Assembly: GCF_018350175.1 (NCBI RefSeq)
Contig: NC_058382.1
Coordinates: 57,538,001-57,602,000, forward strand
Direction of reading: 5' to 3'
From: Felis catus
Lineage: Eukaryota
DNA length: 64,000 nt
Position 1 is the first letter of the stretch; every line of letters begins with the position of its first letter. The notes under the pieces are model-generated. The model had not been told where the DNA came from. It did not search any database and saw nothing but the letters and a program-made list of their open reading frames with translations. Below are positions 57,340 to 64,000 of this stretch, in pieces. The position numbers and the translations under genes were made by a program.

Positions 57340-59829
57340 ATAATCTTATTATTGAGGTGCGGTGTTTGTTCAGAAAGGTGCTACTCCTGCCTTTGATTCA
57401 TGGAGATACTGTTCTCTGGGTCTCAGTCGTGGGATGTCGATAGGGGTCAGTTAATCACTTTCTCTTCATGTAGTTGCCCTTGTTCTTGCCTTGTTCTTTG
57501 GTACTTTGTTGAGATTGTCCCAGAAATTTGGGGTGGAAAGGTACATGATTTAAGATAATCTTCAAGGTTTCTCTTCCGGGAGGTTGGCAGAACCATGAAG
57601 TCTGCCGTTGGCGTCCGTGTAGGAGCTGGTTTTGAGAAAATAACGGGCCTTTGGAATTGAAGGCGAAACCAGAGCTTGAAAGTAGGAGTGCCGTGGGGCG
57701 GGCAGGCTGAGAAGTGGGCCTGGAACTTGACCGAGCGGCCGGGAGAGGATGGGAGTCTGGGCTTCACCAGCACGGTTTGAGGCGGGGAACAGAGCTGCCT
57801 GCGGGACGGGGACAGGCGTGGACAGGCCGGGGGTGGGGAGGAGGGGTGGCCGGAGCAGAGTCCGGACCTGCAGGAGGCGGGAGCCACCCACGGGAAGAGT
57901 GTGTGTGTGAGAGAGAGCTCCCAGTGTGGACAAACCGGGTGCGTGATGGAGAGACAGACTAGCTGGAGGGTGTGAAAGGATGCTAGGATGGGAGGTTGTT
58001 TCTGAAGAAGCCGAGTGTTGGAGGTGTTAGATTTCAGTTAGTTAAGAGCAAATGGGAAATGAACTCAGTTATAAAAGAATGGTCTTTGTGGAAAAGACGG
58101 GTCGAAAAGTTACCTGGGAATGGAATTTTTTTATCAAATTGTTTCCAGTTTGCTTGCATGATAGTTTCTCTTCTGGCTGACATTTTGCTTTGTGGTTTGC
58201 CGGTAAGTTGTTAGTGATCAGTAAACCCTTGAAAGCGCTAAAAGAGTTCCCGTTTTAAAAACAGATGCTCTGCGTGTTGTTCATCAAGCAGAGGGTCCTT
58301 TCACAAAGTGATCGCTTCGACTGGTTTCCTGGTTGCTTCTGTCTGGTTTGGGGCCATAACTGAGTGGCGAGGTAGCTGTGCTCGCCTGGCCTTCCCTCGT
58401 GCTGTCTTAGTTTCCCCAACTCCTCAGCTGCCTGGAGTGGCCGTGGGAGCGCCCTCCACGGCGGGGGCCAGAACCCTAACTGCACGTCACGAGGACACAA
58501 AGTGTTTAGCATGTTGAGTGAAGCCTGGGCTCCCTGCTTGCCCCCACTGAACCCTGGAGTTTTGCAGGGAAGGCCCGAGGATCCTCAGACGATCCTAGGG
58601 GTAGCTTGGGGCTGAGAACCACTGCCACAGGCCTTCGTCCTGCACAGCGGACCCCGCTCCCGTGCCAGGTGAGCCCCACCAGCGGTTGGTGTTCTGTAGG
58701 GAAAACAGCATTGTGAGCCAGGTGGGTGAAATACTTTTCCAGGAGATTCAAGTTTCGAGCTCCACATCTTTACTATAGGGCAGACTTCCCGAAGTCTCAG
58801 GTTTTGTTTTTTTCTAATAAAAGATTTTTAATCCTAACAGCCAACTTACAAACGTAATTCAGGAATGGAGCGCAATCTGTTATTTTGGCTGGTAAAGGAA
58901 GCTGTTTCTGCATAGTTGCGGTCTTTGTTTTCGGCAGATCATTAGGTGAAAGTGAAGCCGAAAAAGCCAGCAGCGGACTGCTTCCTCAGTGGGCTCGGCC
59001 CGGCCTTAGCTGTCAGCACCCGGTTTTGCTTTCTCTTATTTTCAGCAGATCGTAATTTTGCACTTTTACTGCTTGGACCGGCTCTTCTAAGTAACTTTGG
59101 TTTTCATTAACAAGCAGAGCGACTCCTGAAGGGGAACGTTCTAAACTTGCTCCCTCTGGGTGTGTGGGCTGCGGGGTGTAAGTCAGGCAGCTCTGGATCT
59201 TGCAAGGTATTTAGGAAACCATTGGCAGTGGGCAGCAGATTAGAAGGAAATTGTTTATGTAGTCACACTGCTTTTTTCCAAATGTGTTTTAACTTAAAGC
59301 TCTGGTTTAGTGATGCACGCTCCCTTTTGGCAGGTGGCCTTCGGTAGCTGAGCTTCTGTTGGTTTGGTTCCAGCCTGTTCCATTAAGTGAAAAACCCTGT
59401 AGAACAGATGCATGTGCAAGTTTCTGCCCGCGTAGCACTCTGTTTAATGAAACACCCAAGGTCTGATTCAGTGTTACTGGCAGCAACTGTCTGTGTGTGG
59501 TGTGGGGTTTGAGTAGGCGGTGGGGGGATCTAGGCAGTTAGAGAGGCCGTGCCGGGCTGGAACAGTGTCTGGTCTCGTGCTTGGGTAACTACGGGAGTGG
59601 GCACCCTGATGGCGATACCAGGCGGCAGGTTACAGGTGTCATGCCCAGTATCGTAGGTGGTGCTGGGTACTACTGGTAAGAGTCTTGGGACCCAGGAACA
59701 CGAAATCTTAAAACGCGTCTCAGCGTGTGGTGTTAGCAGAGTATTTAAGAATCTGCTCAGTGCAAGTGAAGGATTAGTACTGTGGTCCTTGGTCTTCAAG
59801 AGCTGCTTTTACTTATTTGATTCTGGTTT

Positions 59830-60035
59830 AATGTTTTGAAAGTTTATTTTGAGAGAGAGAGGGAAGGAGAGAGCACGCACGAGCAAGAGGTGGGGGCAGA
59901 GAGAGAGAATCCCAAGCAGGGTGGAGCCCAATGCAGGGCTTGAACTCACGAACTGTGAGACCATGACCTGAGCCGAAATCAGGAGTCAGACGCTCAAGCG
60001 ACCGAGCCCCCTCCCCCCCCCCCCCAGGCGCTCCC
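59830..60035 (-). mobile_element. SINEC
   Basis: Antisense body. Confidence 0.85.
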
Positions 60036-60114
60036 AGAGTTGCTTCTGTAGTGCAGCTGCCTCCTCCACCTTATTTGTAGACGTGCATTGGTTAATTCTG
60101 CACCAATTTTAAAA

Positions 60115-60990
60115 CGTTAACCATTTTGAGGTATAATTTAATAGAATAAATGTACCGATTTAAAATTTTCAGATTGAGGTTTGACACGTCTATGCCGGGG
60201 TAACTGTTACCACAATCAATCTGTTGTCCAAAAAGTTCCCTCGTGCCCCTTTGCCGTGAGTCTCTGGCCCACGGTGGGTGAGTGCTGATCTGCTTTCTGT
60301 CACTGGGCATATCCCCTTTTGTAGGGTTTTGTTTCTGTGGAATTACACGGAGTGCACTCCTCTCTCTGGCTTCTTTTTCGCACTTTCAGATTCATCCGTA
60401 CTGTGGGTAAGAGTCCTCTCCTTTTCAGCGCTGAGTAGTATTTCACTATGGAAGTAACACAGTTCCTCTCTTTACCTCTTTTTTTTTTTTTAATGTAATT
60501 ATTTATTTCTTTTTAAAGGGAGAGTGAGCGAGCAGGGGAAGGGCAGAGAGAGGGAGAGAGAAAGAACCCCCAGCAGGCTCGCCGCTCAGCTCAGGGTGGA
60601 GCCCGATGTGGGGCTCCATCCCACGGCCCTGGCATCATGACCTGAGCTGAGATCAAGAGTCGGACGCTTAACCGACTGAGCCCCCCAGGCGCCCCTCTCT
60701 CTTCACTTCTTGGTGCACGGTTTTGTTCCAGTGTTTGTTAGGAACGAAGCTAAACGAAGACTTGCGTTTATCTGCAAGTCTCTGGTGGACGTAGATTTTC
60801 ACTTTTATGAGTAAAATACCTAGAAGTGGGATTGTTGGGTCATGGGGTCAGCGGTGTGTTTTGTTTTATAGAACACTGCCAGCTTCTCCAAAGTAGCTGT
60901 GTCATTTTCTATCTCCACCAGCAACCGTGAGGATCCCCCTTCTTCCGGAGCCTCACCAGCACTTGGTATTCTCAGTTATGTTAACTTTCT
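60115..60990 (-). mobile_element. Old L1M 3' fragment interrupted by a SINEC (~60480-60694)
   Basis: ttgaggtataattta...tgatctgctttctgtcact...gctgagtagtatttcact...gagtaaaatacctagaagtgggattgttgggtca...cctcaccagcacttggtatt. Confidence 0.8.
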
Positions 60991-61504
60991 TGTGCATCAG
61001 TTTAAAAGGAAAGAATTTTTTATCCACAAGAACATGAGTCATATTTATGACCGAGAAGTGGATCTGACTGCAAATAGGTGGTTCTTAGTAAAATATGTTA
61101 AAAAAAAAAAAAAAAAGTTTAAGCCAAAAATAGAGGGGGACAGTAAAGACTAGGAGAGTGCCCTCTCCACACTGGACACAGGTGACTTTCTTGGTAGGCA
61201 AGGATAGTAGGGGGGTGGTAGGGAATGAAAACGGATTTTTGAAAGGTTGACCTGCCCCGATACTTTGTAATCACACGCATGGTTTTTTCTACCCCCTTTT
61301 TCCCTTCTAGATTTAAAATGTGAAAGTCGATTTTTCTTTAGTCTGGGAGACCATGTGGTAATTGTGAATGATTTTCCTCTAGGCCAAAACAAGTATGCTC
61401 TTAATAAGTTTTCTGTAAAGCTTAATTCAGATTGTCTTGATTATGTTTAAATATAGATTTAAAAATGAAAGGTTATATCTTGGTTATATTTAAAGATTAT
61501 GTTT

Positions 61505-61906
61505 ATTTAGTTTTTAAAGTTTATTTATTTTGAAAGAGAGAGGGCGAGTGAGCTGGCGAGGGGCAGAGATAGAGGGGGAGAGAGAATCCCAAGCAGGCTC
61601 CTTGCTGACAGTGCAGGGCCCAACGTGGGACTTGATCCCGTGAACTGTGAGATCATGTCCTGAGCTGAAACCAAGAGTCTGCTCAACTGACTAAACCACC
61701 TAGGTATCCCTAAAGATTACATTTAAAGTGTGTATGTGTGTGTGTGTGTGTTTCTTTTGTATGTGTGTGGGGGGATCCAAGCAGGCTCTGTGCTGTCAGT
61801 GCAGAGCCTGACATGGGGCTTGAACCCAGAAACCATGAGATCATGACCTGAGCTGAAATCAAAAGTTGGATGCTCAACCGCCTGAGTCACCCAGACACCG
61901 CCCCCC
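61505..61906 (-). mobile_element. Two consecutive antisense SINECs
   Basis: Bodies at ~61505-61710 and ~61770-61906, delimited by three copies of TAAAGATTAYRTTTA. Confidence 0.85.
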
Positions 61907-63534
61907 TAAAGATTATATTTAAACGTGAAAATTGTGCTTCTGGCTGGAACATCTCTTGTGATCTTAAAAACCGAAGAATAAAAACCAGTCAGAGCAAACG
62001 GGGTGATTTGGTGGCACTGACATGTGGGAAGTTTCCTGTTGTTGTGGACGTTGGAGAGGCTGTCATTCCTTATCCCAAGAACTTATAATTGGGGTGGGAG
62101 AGTGGGGATCTCTTCTTCCTCTTCTTGAAATGATTTGTTCAGCAAAGCTTTTTTGAGCGCCTACTGTATGCCAAGTACTGCATTGACTGCCGGCAACACG
62201 CAGATGAATTTAACTTGGCTTCTGTTCATTAAAAAAAACCTTTATGGGGGCATAATTTATGTGCAGGGAATGTCACCCATTTGAAGTATACATGATGAGT
62301 CTCAACAAATGTGCCCACTTATGTGATCACGTCAACAGTTAAGGTACTTTTCTACCCTTGCAGTGGCTCCCCAGACCTCCCCTCCCTGCAGCCTGTCCAC
62401 ACTCACCCTTGGCCCCAGCAGAGGGAGCACTGCTCTTATGGTGTCCTGTTTGTTGGTGTTTTGCTTGTTTTCCCTTTTCTTCTCTGTTCTCTCTTTTTTG
62501 TTGTGTGTTCTCTCTTCCTCCCTGCCTTGTGTCTCCCCACCAACCCTGTTCCTTCCTCCCTAGATTAGCAGCTAGGTGATGGTAATGAAAATGAAAATGG
62601 TGGAATCTTGAACTTTTCTACTGGAGCTAAATTCACTCCCTAATAATTTATCAGCTTTCTTCCATGTGATAAAAATTCTAGATAGAAGTTATTGTGTAAT
62701 GAGGGCTCTTTTATCTTGCTGTTTAGTATTAGTTTAGAGCAAAGTAAGTTAAAATTTAACTGCCATTGTGTAAAGTACCTAATGCAGATGTACGACTGGG
62801 AAGTTGGTACGAAATGGATTTCTGTTAGATGAATCATATTTTCTAATTTTGGAAATAGATTTGGTGGGAACAAGTTTTAGCTCAGAATCTCCATGAAAGC
62901 TCTGAAGGAACACCCAGCCAGCCGGTCACAGATCCTGCTTTGGAAGGTGCGCGGTGATCTTCTCATGGACTTTAGTAGTCATGTGAAACACACAAACGCT
63001 GTGAAACTGACACGATATTGCAGCATTTGGATGCTAGAATCCTAAGAAGAGGGCACCGCCCACGGGAGTGGCTTTGTAACAGTTTGTCCTTTTGTCCCCT
63101 TCTCGGGATCCCTCGGCCCCAAGAAGGTAAAGCAGGGTTCTGCTCCAGCCCAGTGCTTTGGGCAGCAGGCCCTTCTCTGCCTCCCTCTTTGTCTGCTTTT
63201 GCCCTCTGTAGCTCCCAGTGCAGCTTGCAGTCCACTTGTGCTGTGACAGAACTGTAAATGTGGTGCTGTCCTGAACCCTGTGTCTGCCTTACTCAGTGTA
63301 TTCTGACCCGACACAGCTCTGTGTAGATGGTTGGTGCTCAGCGCATATGGTTAAGTCAGCAAAATTCCCGTTGCGCCTCGACTGCCTGAGCAGTGTCCTC
63401 TCTGCACACCACTTTGTAGAGTTGAAAGTGTGCTGTGACTGTTCGGTAGCTGTCGCTGAGCATCTGTCACCTAGCAGGCCTGATCAGTGTAGTTTAGTGA
63501 AGAAATTAGACTTTTTTAGGCGGGCACTGACGTT

Positions 63535-63880
63535 CTTTTTTACTTTGTTCAGATCTAATTCACATCCCATAGAATTCACCCATTTCAATACGAGTACATT
63601 TCGGTGGTTTTTGGTGTGTTCCTGGAGCTGTGCAACCATCAGCACAGCCCATGTCAGAGCATTTCGCCACTCCAGAAGGAAACCCCGGATGCATTAGCAG
63701 CGACTTCTCATTTCCCGTTCCCCTGAACCCTTGGCGATCACAGTCTGCTTTCTGTCTCTAGAGATTTGCCTCTTCTAGACATTTCACAGGAGTGGAATCA
63801 TACAGCACGTGGCCCTTCGTGCCTGACTTTTACTCAGCATGGTTTTCAGGGTTCATCCATGTGGTCGCATGGATTAGCCT
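63535..63880 (-). mobile_element. Old L1 (L1MB-like) 3' end fragment
   Basis: taattcacatcccatagaattcacccattt...gagctgtgcaaccatcagcaca...tctgctttctgtctctagagatttgcct...ggaatcatacagcacgtggcc. Confidence 0.82.
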
Positions 63881-64000
63881 GGGGACATTTCCACACCCCT
63901 GCTGCTTTGTCCTTGTTAGATCCAGGAGATGCCTTCGGAGCTGGCAGAATGCTCCCAGTTGCCCAGTCCAGCACCCCCTCACGTCCACTAGAGAGGAAGT

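Noticed and set aside
1..64000. CRISPR arrays, operons, intact tRNA/rRNA genes or intact retroviral/L1 ORFs
   Set aside because: None seen. This is mammalian DNA, the tRNA-like boxes belong to SINE heads, and the LINE/LTR pieces are short and degraded.

Overview
Mammalian genomic DNA from a felid (cat family), judged by many SINEC/SINEC_Fc retroposons. The window holds the complete KLHL36 gene on the + strand: a CpG-island promoter and non-coding exon 1 at ~7.7-8.7 kb, coding exons at 10790-10852, 15184-16257, 17847-18004 and 20042-~20596/20686, and a 3' UTR probably reaching ~25.2 kb. A repeat-rich intergenic stretch (~25-42 kb) follows, then the USP10 CpG-island promoter, its first coding exon (42971-42991) and 21 kb of intron 1; I did not find USP10 exon 2 in the window. 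The KLHL36-USP10 order matches human 16q24.1 as I recall it. I found no new multi-gene system. The best leads are local. The last KLHL36 exon has both an apparent 1-nt deletion and a CGA in place of the expected stop. USP10 intron 1 has a candidate 30-nt stop/re-start microexon that would swap the N-terminus, and a decayed homologue of the human alternative N-terminal exon. Both leaders contain strong-Kozak uORFs, the KLHL36 promoter has a GC minisatellite, and KLHL36 has alternative splice options. Gene and repeat names come from recalled sequences, not database searches; repeat boundaries are approximate.
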